Source: an uncultured Alphaproteobacteria bacterium (GTDB lineage Bacteria > Pseudomonadota > Alphaproteobacteria > Rhizobiales > Beijerinckiaceae). From it: DNA of 64,000 bases. The notes beneath the pieces are model-generated. The model was not told where the DNA came from. It did not search any database and saw only the letters and a program-made list of their open reading frames with translations. Below, one piece after another: positions 36,413-47,061 of the stretch; positions within the stretch are counted from its first letter, which is position 1; each line of letters begins with the position of its first letter. A program made the translations under genes and the position numbers. The stretch spans positions 15,564 to 79,563 of the forward strand of contig CAVOON010000002.1 of NCBI GenBank assembly GCA_963697595.1, written 5' to 3'.

Positions 36413-38161
36413 TCAGTCTACGCGGGTCACGCGCAAAACTTCCTCCACGCTGGTTTCGCCGCGCCAGGCTTTGCGCATGCCGTTCTGGTACATCGACATC
36501 ATGCCGGCTTCGCGTCCTGCGGCGTCCAGCGCCGTATCGGTCGCGGACTCGCAGACGAGCCGGTGCAGGCGGTCGTTCATTACCAACAATTCGGCGATGG
36601 TCGAGCGACCGGAGTAGCCGGTCTGCCGACATTTGGAGCAACCCGCAGGCCCTCGCAAGCGAGGCGGAGTCGTTGCGAAACGTTCACCGGCCAGACGCAA
36701 CCTCCACTGTTCGGTCGCCGCGTTGGGAGCCGCGCAGGCCTCGCAGAGCCTGCGCACCAACCGCTGAGCCAGCACGGCCTTGACCGTTGATGCGATCAGA
36801 TAATTCTCAACGCCCATGTCTATGAGACGGGTGATCGACGCGGCGGCGCCATTGGTGTGCAGCGTAGAAAATACGAGATGGCCGGTAAGCGCCGACTGAA
36901 TCGCGATGCGCGCGGTCTCGGCGTCACGGATTTCGCCGATCATGATGATGTCGGGATCCTGGCGCAGGATCGACCGCAACGCCATCGGAAAGTCTAGGCC
37001 AATGGCCGGCTGCACTTGGACCTGATTGACGCCGGAGAGCTGATATTCGATTGGGTCTTCGACCGTGAACAGCTTTACGTCCGGTTTGTTGAGCTCTTTC
37101 AGCGCGGTGTAGAGCGTCGTGGTTTTGCCGCTACCCGTCGGGCCGGTGACGAGGATGATGCCATTGGGACTGCCCATCACCGTGCGGAAAGGTTCAAGAA
37201 GATCCAGATCAAATCCGAGCGTCTCGAAGTCCAGCGATACATGGCTGCGGTCGAGAATACGCATGACGATGCTTTCGCCGTGCGCAGTCGGAATTGTCGA
37301 GACGCGGAAGTCGATATCCACGCCGCGCACGGCGAGTTTGATGCGGCCGTCCTGCGGCAAGCGGCGCTCGGCGATGTCGAGCTGCGCCATGATTTTTATG
37401 CGCGAGGAGATCGCAGCCTTTAGTCCCGGCGGCAATTGCTCGACATTGCGCAGCACGCCGTCGATCCGATAGCGCACCAGCACCTGGTCCAGCGTGGGCT
37501 CGATGTGGATATCGGAAGCATGCGCTTCGATGGCCTCGGCGACAATCTGATTGACGCGCCGGATCACCGGAGCCTCATTGGCGATGTCACGCAAGCGTTG
37601 CAGATCGAATTCGCTGGCCGCCTCGCCGCGCGAGTCCGAGTCGACGATGGCGACGCCGCTCTGGCCTCTGCCGTAGAGCGTCAGCAGCGCCTTTTCCATA
37701 TTGGCCGGGGTGATCAGCCGCAGTTCGAGCGTATAGCCGGTCGAATAGGCCAGGGCGTCGACGGGTTCCAGATTGAAAGGATCGACCAGCGCGACGGTGA
37801 GACGGTCGACATTCAGCTCAAGCGGAAGCACGCCGTTGACGCGGATGAATCTTTCGAGGATGACTTCCGGCAGCACTGGCTCTGTTGGAAAGTCTTTCTC
37901 CTCAATGACTTCGATGCGCAGAAATCGCGCGAGGTGGCCACATAGATCCGCGTCAGGGATGAGGCCGAGCTTGGTTAAAACCTGATCGAAGCGTTCGCCC
38001 GCCTGCCGGGCCGCGCGCTGCGATCTTTGCAACGAGAGATCGTCAACAGCGCGCCGCGACAGCAGGAAGGCGCCAAAACTCTCCGCAAATTCGTTGCCGC
38101 GCGGATCGACGCGACAATTCGTGGGGATACCGTCGCCGATCGCTAATGTGTTGGTTTGCAT
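36413..38161 (-). CDS. gspE: Type II secretion assembly ATPase
   Basis: ASDIHIEP, ERRLPQDGR, VTGPTGSGKTTTLY, LRQDPDIIMIGEIRD, TGHLVFSTLHTN. Confidence 0.95.
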   Translation of the reverse strand: MQTNTLAIGDGIPTNCRVDPRGNEFAESFGAFLLSRRAVDDLSLQRSQRAARQAGERFDQVLTKLGLIPDADLCGHLARFLRIEVIEEKDFPTEPVLPEVILERFIRVNGVLPLELNVDRLTVALVDPFNLEPVDALAYSTGYTLELRLITPANMEKALLTLYGRGQSGVAIVDSDSRGEAASEFDLQRLRDIANEAPVIRRVNQIVAEAIEAHASDIHIEPTLDQVLVRYRIDGVLRNVEQLPPGLKAAISSRIKIMAQLDIAERRLPQDGRIKLAVRGVDIDFRVSTIPTAHGESIVMRILDRSHVSLDFETLGFDLDLLEPFRTVMGSPNGIILVTGPTGSGKTTTLYTALKELNKPDVKLFTVEDPIEYQLSGVNQVQVQPAIGLDFPMALRSILRQDPDIIMIGEIRDAETARIAIQSALTGHLVFSTLHTNGAAASITRLIDMGVENYLIASTVKAVLAQRLVRRLCEACAAPNAATEQWRLRLAGERFATTPPRLRGPAGCSKCRQTGYSGRSTIAELLVMNDRLHRLVCESATDTALDAAGREAGMMSMYQNGMRKAWRGETSVEEVLRVTRVD

Positions 38162-38453
38162 CTACCGGCTCCCGTGGCCATTACCGGGGTCTCGACAGCT
38201 TGTAGCCGCCGGCGCTTGCGGTTTCTATCGTGGCGGCGTTACAGGCCTTTCCGACGAAAGCCGTCGCCTGATGGGCGCGCTCAAGCGCCTGCGCAGCGAC
38301 AAGTGAAGCCACACTTCTTCATCAGTCGCAAGTGCGGCTCCTCGGGAAGAGGACCGCCCTGGATTTCCAACGAAGACTCAGCGGCTTCGCCTCAAACGCG
38401 CCGCAATAATTGGCCAGGCTGCGCTGTTCATAAATCAGCAATCGAAGTAAATC

Positions 38454-39362
38454 TCAGCGGGCCTTTGAGGCGTTCTCAGCGCTGCGTCCGGCAATCGTAC
38501 GGCGGCTGGCCGGGGTTTTCTCCTGAATGTCGCGCCAGGTGTTGGACTGGGAAATCATCTGGCGGATGGAGGCGACGTTGGCGGCGGCGTCGATTGGCGA
38601 CAGGTCGCGTCTGGACCATTCTTCGGCCTGAGCGAATTTGCCCTCGAGTGCGAGCACCAACGCGAGATTTTGACGCACGCGCATGTCGGCCTCAGGCTGA
38701 CTCGCCGCCAGGACCAAAGTCTCTTCGGCGCGCGGCAACTGCTGCGACAGGGCGTAGGAAAGACCCATATTGGACAGCACAGTGGGGTCGTTGGGGCGGA
38801 TTTTCAGCGCCTCCGCATAATATGCTCGCGCTGCCTCGTGATTCCCGAGTTCGTCGGCGATCGTGCCTTGCGTCGACGTCACCGACCAGTCGGGTCGCTC
38901 CGGCGTATGGGCGCGCGACAATATATCCGATGCCTCGTTCAGTCTTCCGGCGTCCGCCAGGGCTTTGCCATAGGCGCTGAGCACTTTCATGTCCTGGGGG
39001 TATTGGATCGCTGTACCCTGCAGCACGGCCACCGCCTGCGTATTCTGATCGAGGGCGTGCAGCGCTCGCGCGTAGGTCATCGCGACTTCTTTGTCCTTGG
39101 GGTTCTTTTCGTAGCGCTGTCCCCATTCCTCGGCGAACCGTCGCAATTCGCCTTCTCCCGTTGGCAGCGTGGCGGGTGCTGTCGGCCTCCCGATCGAACC
39201 GGTGACGTCGTTCAGCGACTTGGAACAGCCGGGAAGGCCGATCAAAAACGCCAAAATGAGAACATTCGCCATACGGCGGTTGCGCTTTGCGCCGGCTTGC
39301 GCGATTTGAAACGGGGCGGCGGGAACTGGAAGGGTTGCCTTGCTCACGGCAAATCTTTTCAT
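38454..39362 (-). CDS. TPR lipoprotein, TadD/CpaO-like
   Basis: Lipobox LPGC, TPR repeats, VRQNLALVLAL.GKF..AE. Confidence 0.8.
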   Translation of the reverse strand: MKRFAVSKATLPVPAAPFQIAQAGAKRNRRMANVLILAFLIGLPGCSKSLNDVTGSIGRPTAPATLPTGEGELRRFAEEWGQRYEKNPKDKEVAMTYARALHALDQNTQAVAVLQGTAIQYPQDMKVLSAYGKALADAGRLNEASDILSRAHTPERPDWSVTSTQGTIADELGNHEAARAYYAEALKIRPNDPTVLSNMGLSYALSQQLPRAEETLVLAASQPEADMRVRQNLALVLALEGKFAQAEEWSRRDLSPIDAAANVASIRQMISQSNTWRDIQEKTPASRRTIAGRSAENASKAR

Positions 39363-39402
39363 TTTGTTGGGACGCGGTGAAGGCAGCAATAAAGCGTTAA
39401 CC

Positions 39403-39418
39403 CTAATGGATGCTTAAC
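39403..39418. promoter_or_regulatory. Possible CtrA box (CTAA-N7-TTAAC) with adjacent GTTAAC half-site
   Basis: One mismatch to consensus, upstream of the TadD-like gene. Confidence 0.35.
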
Positions 39419-39474
39419 GAAGGGAAGAGCGCTGTCTCGGTACGGGACGCCGACGGCTGGCTTTTGGAGAAGAA

Positions 39475-40878
39475 ATGGCGACGAATTTTGAGCTGGAGGA
39501 CTGGTCGCAGGACGCGACGCCAATCGATTTTGTCGATGCCCAGGGGTGGGACGCCTATTCGTCGAACCTGCCGGCGCCGCTTCGAAATTTCGCCGCGTCC
39601 TGCGGCTTCGAGCCGAAGGCGGAGCGCTTGCTCCTTCTCTCTGGCCCGGACGGAGCGCTGGCGCGGGTGCTCTTTGGTCTGGAGCGTCCTGACGCACGGC
39701 TGCGCGATCCCTTTCTTCCGGGCAAGCTGGCGACGGCTTTGCCGCCGGGACTCTACCGCTTCGACCATGGGCCGATTGATCCTTCGATGGCCGCTTTGGC
39801 CTTTCTTTTGTCGCGCTACAAGTTTTCCCGCTATGTCACGGCCAAGACTGAGGGGCCACGCCTTTGTGCGCCAGCTGGAGTTGACCGAGCGCGCCTGGAG
39901 CGCATAGCGGGCGCGATCGCCTTCGGGCGCGATCTCATTAATACGCCGGCCAACGACATGGGGCCGGAGGCGCTCGCCGAAGCTGCGCTGGAGCTGGCGC
40001 GCCGCCAAGGCGCTGACGCGCGCGTCATTTTCGGCGAGGCCCTGCTGACCGAAAACTTTCCGCTTATTCACGCCGTCGGAAGAGGAGCGGCGCAGGCGCC
40101 TCGTCTCGTGGACTTGACCCACGGGCCGGAGGACGGTCTGAAGGTGACGCTGGTCGGCAAGGGCGTGTGCTTCGATACTGGCGGGCTCGATATCAAGCCT
40201 TCGAGCGGCATGCTGCTGATGAAAAAGGACATGGGCGGGGCTGCGGTGGCGTTGTCCCTGGCGTCAATGCTGATGCAAAGCGCGCCGCGACTTCGCCTCA
40301 GGGTCATCCTGCCAATCGTCGAGAATTCGGTGTCGGCGCCGTCTTTCCGCCCAAGCGACATTTACCGTAGCCGCAAGGGCCTCGCGGTCGAAATTGGAAA
40401 CACCGATGCGGAGGGCAGGCTCGTGCTCGCCGACGCGCTCACGCTCGCCAGCGAAGACAAGCCGGACCTGCTGTTCGACTTTGCAACCCTGACGGGAGCG
40501 GCGCGAGTCGCGCTGGGCCCTGACCTCCCGCCTTTCTATGCCGGCTGCGACAAACTGGCGGGAGACATCGCCGAGCATGCGCGCCTCGCGCACGACCCCA
40601 CGTGGCGACTGCCGCTCTGGGATCCCTACGACAGCGGATTGGACGGCAAAATTTCCAACGTAGTCAATGTCACAACTCACGGCTTCGCCGGTTCGATTAC
40701 TGCGGCGCTGTTTTTGCGCCGGTTCGTCGCCGATCCGAACCGCTGGGCGCATTTCGACGCTTACTGCTGGAACGGGGCGACCAAGCCGGGCCGTCCGGAA
40801 GGCGGCGAAATCCAGATCGCGCGTCTGCTTTATGATCTGATCGAATCGCGCGCGAGCGTCGGGAGCACAGCAAATTGA
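39475..40878 (+). CDS. Leucyl aminopeptidase family (M17)
   Basis: LVGKGVCFDTGGLDIKP, MKKDMGG, NTDAEGRLVLAD. Confidence 0.95.
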   Translation: MATNFELEDWSQDATPIDFVDAQGWDAYSSNLPAPLRNFAASCGFEPKAERLLLLSGPDGALARVLFGLERPDARLRDPFLPGKLATALPPGLYRFDHGPIDPSMAALAFLLSRYKFSRYVTAKTEGPRLCAPAGVDRARLERIAGAIAFGRDLINTPANDMGPEALAEAALELARRQGADARVIFGEALLTENFPLIHAVGRGAAQAPRLVDLTHGPEDGLKVTLVGKGVCFDTGGLDIKPSSGMLLMKKDMGGAAVALSLASMLMQSAPRLRLRVILPIVENSVSAPSFRPSDIYRSRKGLAVEIGNTDAEGRLVLADALTLASEDKPDLLFDFATLTGAARVALGPDLPPFYAGCDKLAGDIAEHARLAHDPTWRLPLWDPYDSGLDGKISNVVNVTTHGFAGSITAALFLRRFVADPNRWAHFDAYCWNGATKPGRPEGGEIQIARLLYDLIESRASVGSTAN

Positions 40879-41750
40879 CAGAGGTTTTCGACCGGCGATT
40901 GACGCCCGCGCGCGCCGATCTGGCGGCAAGTTTCCTTAAAGGCCGCGTCGACGCGGCGCGTTTTGTCGATGGCGTCCGGATGCAAGTCAAGGAAGGCGTC
41001 GTCGATGTGAAGCGCGAGCCGCGACCCGACGCCGGCCTAGACACCCAGACGCTCTATGGCGAATGCGTGACCGTTTACGACGAAGAAGAGGGTTGGGTCT
41101 GGGGGCAACTTGCGCGCGACAATTATGTTGGCTGGATTGCGGCCAACACGCTCTGGAGCAGGGTCTACCAGCCAACGCATATTGTCGCGACGCCGCGCAC
41201 ATTCCTCTATCCGCGCGCCAGCATCAAAGACCCGCCTTTGGTCGGGCTGCCGATGGGCGCCGAACTGGAGATAGTCGACGCGCGCGAGAGCTTCTCCGTC
41301 ACGAGCGAAGGCGGCTTCGTTTTTTCCCGGCACCTCGCACGCATCGAGGCGCCGGTTTCGGATTTCGTCGCCGTCGCGGAGACTTTGATTGGGGCGCCTT
41401 ACCTTTGGGGCGGCCGCAGTTCTATGGGCGTGGATTGCTCCGGTCTGGTGCAAAACGCTTTGCTGCTCGCTGGCGTTCGCGCGCCGCGCGACAGCGATCT
41501 GCAACAGGCCGAACTTGGGCAGGCCGTCGAGGCGGGCGCGGGGTTGCGGCGCGGCGATCTGATCTTCTGGAAGGGGCACGTCGGCGTCATGCGTGACGCG
41601 CAAACTCTGTTGCACGCCAACGCCACGCATATGCTCGTGACCAGCGAACCCTTGGACGAAGTGCGCGAGCGCAATCTGCGCGCTGGCGCCGGTGACGTGA
41701 CCGTAGTCAAACGTCTGGATTTGCAGCCGCAAGCCGCGAGGGAAAGATAA
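40875..41750 (+). CDS. SH3 + NlpC/P60 peptidoglycan peptidase
   Basis: PYLWGG....GVDCSGLVQ, WKGHVG, LLHAN. Confidence 0.92.
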   Translation: MTEVFDRRLTPARADLAASFLKGRVDAARFVDGVRMQVKEGVVDVKREPRPDAGLDTQTLYGECVTVYDEEEGWVWGQLARDNYVGWIAANTLWSRVYQPTHIVATPRTFLYPRASIKDPPLVGLPMGAELEIVDARESFSVTSEGGFVFSRHLARIEAPVSDFVAVAETLIGAPYLWGGRSSMGVDCSGLVQNALLLAGVRAPRDSDLQQAELGQAVEAGAGLRRGDLIFWKGHVGVMRDAQTLLHANATHMLVTSEPLDEVRERNLRAGAGDVTVVKRLDLQPQAARER

Positions 41751-42202
41751 TGCAAGGGCTTTATCTCGAAGACCTGGTGGTCGGCCAGGTGTTTCTGGCC
41801 GGCGAAGTTACTGTCACGGCTGAGGAAATTGTGCGTTTTGCCCGGGATTACGACCCGCAATATTTTCATCTTGATGCTGAAGCAGCGAAATCCAGCATGT
41901 TCGGCGGCCTGGTCGCAAGCGGCTGGCTCACGGCGGCTCTGACCATGCGAATGCTGATCGAAGGCGGCGCACCTTTTGCTGGCGGCGCGATCGGCTCTGG
42001 CGGCGAACTCGCGTGGCCACGGCCGGTGCGGCCCGGCGACAGCCTTCGTATCGAGAGCGAAGTGTTGAAGATAACTCCGTCGCGCTCCGGTTCCGGTCGA
42101 GGCGTCGCCGTTGTAAAAACGACGACGTTCAATCAGAAAAACGAGCCGGTGCAGATCCTGACGGCAAATCTGATTGTTTTAACCCGCCCCTCGCAAGCGT
42201 AG
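41750..42202 (+). CDS. MaoC-family dehydratase
   Basis: FA..YDPQYFHLD...A..S.FGGLVASG, PVRPGD. Confidence 0.9.
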   Translation: MQGLYLEDLVVGQVFLAGEVTVTAEEIVRFARDYDPQYFHLDAEAAKSSMFGGLVASGWLTAALTMRMLIEGGAPFAGGAIGSGGELAWPRPVRPGDSLRIESEVLKITPSRSGSGRGVAVVKTTTFNQKNEPVQILTANLIVLTRPSQA

Positions 42203-42230
42203 GGCGGCGATTTTTTCGCGAACGAGCCGA

Positions 42231-43034
42231 CTATCTGTTTTTGACGAAGGCGCGCACGAGACGTTTGAGAGCCACGACGCCCGCGACCACCGGGCCGCGC
42301 GAATAGTCCCCCGAAGGAGCGCCGCCCGAAAAGCCCGTGCCGAAATCCGTGACGACGGCGACGCCGGCAAAGGGAATAGCGAAACGTCGCGCCAGAATCG
42401 CCTCGGGCGCCAGCGAATGACCGAGAATATCGGCGCCGAGAACGCGCGCCATTTTGACTTCGGCGGCTGTTTCGAAACTGGGGCCGGAGAACCAGATGAA
42501 CACGCCCTCATGGACGCTCACACCCGCGCCCGCGGCCGAAATCTTCATTCGTCGCAGCAGGCGCTTGTCATAAACGTCGGTCATGTTGATGGCGTTCTTG
42601 TCGCCGCCGAGTCCGACAAGTGGGTTGAGGCCTTTGAAGTCGATATGATCGGTGATCGCAACAAGACTGCCCGGCACCAGATCGGCATTGGCGGATGTTG
42701 CGAAGGTCGTGGAAAGGATGCTGCGCACGCCGAGATGAGTCATTGTTTCGATCGGACTCGCCATGAGGCTCGGATCGCCGGACTCATGGAAGTTGGTGCG
42801 GCCCTTAAGCACCAGCGTGGGGATCGCATCGATGGTGCAGACCAGTAATTCGCCGTCGCTGGTCGTCGGCGTCTGCGGAAAGCCTGGCAAATCCGCGTAG
42901 CTGATGATGATTGGATTTTCGGCAAATTCGGCCACGCTATAAAAATTACGACCGAGGATAATCGCGGCCTCGACCATGCTAAGGCCGCTGCGCGATTTGA
43001 TAACTTCTGCGGCGTTTTGCGCAAGTGTTGTCAT
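42231..43034 (-). CDS. Purine nucleoside phosphorylase-like protein (trimeric type), divergent active site
   Basis: Y..LPGFP, KGR, DHI, NPL, GPSFETAAE, LGAD..G.S..PE are colinear with PNP. Confidence 0.8.
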   Translation of the reverse strand: MTTLAQNAAEVIKSRSGLSMVEAAIILGRNFYSVAEFAENPIIISYADLPGFPQTPTTSDGELLVCTIDAIPTLVLKGRTNFHESGDPSLMASPIETMTHLGVRSILSTTFATSANADLVPGSLVAITDHIDFKGLNPLVGLGGDKNAINMTDVYDKRLLRRMKISAAGAGVSVHEGVFIWFSGPSFETAAEVKMARVLGADILGHSLAPEAILARRFAIPFAGVAVVTDFGTGFSGGAPSGDYSRGPVVAGVVALKRLVRAFVKNR

Positions 43035-43154
43035 AGATTTGTCCCAAGGGTTGCCGCGAAGCGCGCTGCGGCGTCACAGCATCCGGCGCAAACGTCGCAA
43101 TAATTTCCTTTTACTATCATGATTTCTCTGATTTTTCTTTAACTCAAGAAATTT

Positions 43155-44780
43155 TTACGCCTCTGCTTCGACCCGGAACGCAGCCGCGAACAGCAAGCGG
43201 GTGTATTCGTTCTTGGGCGCGTCGAAAATGTCCTTGGCCGGCCCTTGCTCGACAACCTTGCCATTGCGCATCACGATGAGGTGCGCAGCCAAAGCCTTTA
43301 CGACTTTCAGGTCGTGGCTGATGAATAAATAGGCGAGAGAACGTCGGGCTTGCAGGTCGCGCAGCAGATCGACGATCTGCGCCTGCACAGACATATCGAG
43401 CGCCGAGGTCGGCTCGTCGAGGACGATCAGCTTGGGCTCCAGGACAATGGCTCGGGCAATGGAGATGCGCTGACGCTGCCCTCCGGAGAACTCATGAGGA
43501 TAGCGATCCATCGTCGCCGGATCGAGCCCCGTTTCCCTGAGCGCGGCGGCTACGATGTCGCGCTGCTCATCCAAGGAGAGTCCGGGGCGATGCACGCCGA
43601 GACCTTCGGCGACAATCTCCGCCACGGACATGCGTGGCGACAAGGAGCCGAACGGGTCCTGAAACACGATCTGCATATCGCGACGCAGGGGACGCATCTC
43701 GCGCGCGTTGGCGCCGTCGATGCGCCGACCCATGTAAACGATCGGCCCTTCCGAGCGCGTAAGCCTCAGCAGCGCGAGGCCCAGCGTCGTCTTCCCGGAG
43801 CCGGACTCTCCAACGACGCCGACCGTTTCACCTTCGCGCAGGGTCAAGGAAACGCCGTCCACCGCTTTCACATGGTCGACGACGCGGCGCAGGAATCCCT
43901 GCCTGATCGGAAACCAGACGCGCAGGTCTTCAGCGTGGAGCACGACTGGCGCTTCCGGCCGGGCCGCGTTGGCGAGGCCCGAAGGTTCGGCCGCGAGTAA
44001 TGCTTGCGTGTAGGGATGTTTCGGCGCCGAGAATACCGTTTCCGTCGGGCCAGCTTCCACGACCCTGCCGTGCTGCATGACGCAAACGTCGTCCGCGATG
44101 CGACGCACCAGCCCGAGATCATGGGTGATGAACAACATCGCCATGTCATATGTCTTACGCAGGCGGTCCAACAGAGCGAGGATTTGCGCCTGCACAGTGA
44201 CGTCGAGTGCGGTCGTCGGCTCGTCGGCGATGAGCAGATCGGGCTTGTTGGCGAGCGCCATGGCGATCATCACGCGCTGACGCTGGCCGCCCGAAAGCTG
44301 GTGCGGATAAGCCGCGAGGCGCTGGCTTGGGTTGGGAATGCCGACTTCCCCAAGAAGCTCGATCACGCGGGCGCGCCTGGCCTGGGCGTCGCGCACGCCA
44401 TGCAGCTCCAATATCTCGCCGATCTGCTTTTCAATGCTGTGCAGCGGATTGAGCGACGTCATCGGCTCCTGGAACACCATCGTGATCCGCGCGCCTCGAA
44501 CGCCTCGCAACGCCGCCTCATCCATCTTCAGCACATCATCGCCAGCAAAACATATGCTTCCGGAAGGATGATGCGCCGAAGGAGGCAACAAGCGCACAAC
44601 GGACAGTGCGGTTATCGATTTGCCCGAGCCCGACTCCCCGACCAGAGCCAGCGTCTTGCCTTTTTGCAGGGAGAAGGAGACGCGATCAACCGCAACAGTC
44701 TCCTTGCCGCCCTGCAAGAAGGAGATCGAGAGATCACGAACGTCGAGGAGGGCAGGGGTCATAACGTCCTTCGTGATCAT
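43155..44780 (-). CDS. yejF: Peptide ABC transporter ATP-binding protein (two NBDs)
   Basis: Two GESGSGK motifs, LSGGQRQR and FSGGQRQR; ATGA overlap with yejE. Confidence 0.88.
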   Translation of the reverse strand: MITKDVMTPALLDVRDLSISFLQGGKETVAVDRVSFSLQKGKTLALVGESGSGKSITALSVVRLLPPSAHHPSGSICFAGDDVLKMDEAALRGVRGARITMVFQEPMTSLNPLHSIEKQIGEILELHGVRDAQARRARVIELLGEVGIPNPSQRLAAYPHQLSGGQRQRVMIAMALANKPDLLIADEPTTALDVTVQAQILALLDRLRKTYDMAMLFITHDLGLVRRIADDVCVMQHGRVVEAGPTETVFSAPKHPYTQALLAAEPSGLANAARPEAPVVLHAEDLRVWFPIRQGFLRRVVDHVKAVDGVSLTLREGETVGVVGESGSGKTTLGLALLRLTRSEGPIVYMGRRIDGANAREMRPLRRDMQIVFQDPFGSLSPRMSVAEIVAEGLGVHRPGLSLDEQRDIVAAALRETGLDPATMDRYPHEFSGGQRQRISIARAIVLEPKLIVLDEPTSALDMSVQAQIVDLLRDLQARRSLAYLFISHDLKVVKALAAHLIVMRNGKVVEQGPAKDIFDAPKNEYTRLLFAAAFRVEAEA

Positions 44781-45940
44781 CTGAAAGTCTTGCGCGGATC
44801 GAAGGCGTCGCGCACCGCCTCGCCGATGAAAACCAGCAACGACAGCATAAGCGCAATGATGAAGAAGCCGGTGAGGCCAAGCCACGGCGCCTGAAGGTTT
44901 GACTTTCCCTGCAATAGTAATTCGCCCAACGACGGCGAGCCGGGAGGCAGCCCGAAGCCCAGGAAGTCGAGCGACGTGAGTGTTGTGATCGAGGAATTGA
45001 GAATGAAAGGCAGAAACGTGAGCGTCGCCACCGTGGCGTTGGGCAGAAGATGCCGCATGATGATCTTGGCGTCGGATAGACCAAGAGCCCGCGCCGCGCT
45101 GACATATTCGAAGTTGCGGGCGCGCAGGAATTCGGCGCGTACGACATGAACGAGGGACACCCATGAGAACAACAGCAAAATTCCCAGCAGGATGAAGAAC
45201 CCCGGCGTCAGAAACGACGATATTATGATGAGAAGATAGAGTTGCGGCAGCGATGACCAGATTTCGATCACGCGCTGAAACACGAGATCAACCTTGCCGC
45301 CGAAATAGCCTTGAATGGCTCCGGCAGCGACGCCGATGATCGACGAAATCGTCGCCAGAATGAGGCCGAACAGCACCGAAATGCGAAAGCCATAGAGCAG
45401 GCGGGCGACGACATCGCGGCCCTGATCGTCAGTGCCCAGCCAGTTCCATTCTATATCCCGGCATCCACGGTTGGGCTCGCCCGGCGCGATTTTCTTCGCC
45501 GCCGCAGCCTCGCATTGCGCTTTACTCAGTAGCCAGGTGGGCGGTGAAGGCGCCGGAATCGGCAGATCCAGATTATGCGTGTCGTAGGAATAGCGAATGG
45601 GGGGCCAAAGCATCCAGCCGTGGGCGTCGATTTCCTTTGCGATGGTTGGATCGCGATAATCCGTGCGCGCCAGAAAGCCGCCGAACTTTTCTTCCGGATA
45701 GGTGACGAAAGCGGGAGACAGCAGTTCGCCTTTGTAAAAAGCCAGAATGGGCCGGTCGTTGGCGAAAAATTCGGAGCCGAGCGAGACAAAGAACATGAGC
45801 GTAAAAAGCCAGAACGACCAGAAGCCGCGTCGGTTGGCTTTGAAATTGTCGAGCCGCCGTCGGTCCAGCGGCGTAAGGCGCATAAAACCTGTGCGCAGAA
45901 CTTTTGGCGCATGTTGCGCCGCGGCGGTCACAACGCTCAT
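44777..45940 (-). CDS. yejE: Peptide ABC transporter permease
   Basis: F.ANRRGFWS, LGTDDQGRDV.ARL.YGFRISVLFG, VRAEFLRARN. Confidence 0.9.
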   Translation of the reverse strand: MSVVTAAAQHAPKVLRTGFMRLTPLDRRRLDNFKANRRGFWSFWLFTLMFFVSLGSEFFANDRPILAFYKGELLSPAFVTYPEEKFGGFLARTDYRDPTIAKEIDAHGWMLWPPIRYSYDTHNLDLPIPAPSPPTWLLSKAQCEAAAAKKIAPGEPNRGCRDIEWNWLGTDDQGRDVVARLLYGFRISVLFGLILATISSIIGVAAGAIQGYFGGKVDLVFQRVIEIWSSLPQLYLLIIISSFLTPGFFILLGILLLFSWVSLVHVVRAEFLRARNFEYVSAARALGLSDAKIIMRHLLPNATVATLTFLPFILNSSITTLTSLDFLGFGLPPGSPSLGELLLQGKSNLQAPWLGLTGFFIIALMLSLLVFIGEAVRDAFDPRKTFR

Positions 45941-45944
45941 CGCC

Positions 45945-47057
45945 TCAGACCTCGCGCGTTTCGAAATCGATACGCGGATCGATCCAGGTGTAGGTGAGAT
46001 CGGAAATGAGGTTCACGATGAGGCCAAGCAGCGCAAAAATGTATAGATTGGCGAAGACCACGGGATAATCGCGATTCACGATGGATTCGAAGGAGAGGTA
46101 GCCAAGACCGTCAAGCGAGAAAATGGTTTCGATCAGAACCGAGCCTGTCAAAAAGGCATGGACGAAGGCGCCGGGAAAGCCGGCGACGACAATCAGCATG
46201 GCGTTGCGGAATACATGGCCGTAAAGCACCCGGTTCTCTGTCAGCCCCTTCATGCGCGCGGTCTGGACATATTGTTTGCGTATCTCGTCAAGGAAGGAAT
46301 TTTTCGTCAAAAACGTCTGGGTGGCGAAAGCGCCCAGGGTCATTGCGAGCACTGGCAGGGTGACATGCCACGCATAATCGCCGACTTTGCCTGCGAGCGA
46401 AAGCTGGTCGAAATTGTCAGAGGTCAGTCCGCGCAGCGGAAATATTTGCCAGAAGGAACCACCCGCGAACAGCACGATCAGCAGCATCGCGAAGAGAAAG
46501 CTCGGGATCGCATAGCCGACGATGATGAGGTTCGAGGTCCAGGCGTCGAAGCGTGTCCCGTCGCGCACCGCCTTGGCGATGCCGAGCGGTATCGAGATGG
46601 AATAGGAGATCAGCGTCATCCATAGTCCAAGGGACATGGAGACGGGCAGTTTTTCCCCGATGAGCTTGAGCACGCTCTCGTCGCGAAAATAGCTGCGGCC
46701 AAAATCGAACGTCGCGTAATTCTTCACCATAAGAAGAAAACGCTCCCAGGCCGGCTTGTCGAAGCCGAACTGCTTTTCGAGTTCGGCGATAAATTTTGGA
46801 TCCAGTCCTTGCGCGCCGCGATATTTGGAAGAGGCGTCGGCGCCGCCAGTCCCCATCTGCGTCGTGGCGTTTTGACCGACTTCGCCGCCGCCCCCGGAAA
46901 AGCGGCCCGTGGCGCCTGTGTCATAGCCTTGCAGCTGGGCGATGATGCGCTCCACAGGGCCGCCGGGCGCGAATTGCACGATGACGAAGGAAACCAGCAT
47001 GATGCCGAGGATCGTCGGGATCATCAGCAGCACGCGCCGAGCTATGTAAGCGCCCAT
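45945..47057 (-). CDS. yejB: Peptide ABC transporter permease
   Basis: MGAYIARRVLLMIPTILGI..VSF.IVQFAPGGPVE, TKNSFLDEI.KQYV. Confidence 0.92.
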   Translation of the reverse strand: MGAYIARRVLLMIPTILGIMLVSFVIVQFAPGGPVERIIAQLQGYDTGATGRFSGGGGEVGQNATTQMGTGGADASSKYRGAQGLDPKFIAELEKQFGFDKPAWERFLLMVKNYATFDFGRSYFRDESVLKLIGEKLPVSMSLGLWMTLISYSISIPLGIAKAVRDGTRFDAWTSNLIIVGYAIPSFLFAMLLIVLFAGGSFWQIFPLRGLTSDNFDQLSLAGKVGDYAWHVTLPVLAMTLGAFATQTFLTKNSFLDEIRKQYVQTARMKGLTENRVLYGHVFRNAMLIVVAGFPGAFVHAFLTGSVLIETIFSLDGLGYLSFESIVNRDYPVVFANLYIFALLGLIVNLISDLTYTWIDPRIDFETREV

Positions 47058-47061
47058 ATGT

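Noticed and set aside
38281-38322. MKKCGFT mini-ORF as a gspG remnant
   Set aside because: Only 13 codons, with no Glu+5 and no hydrophobic helix.
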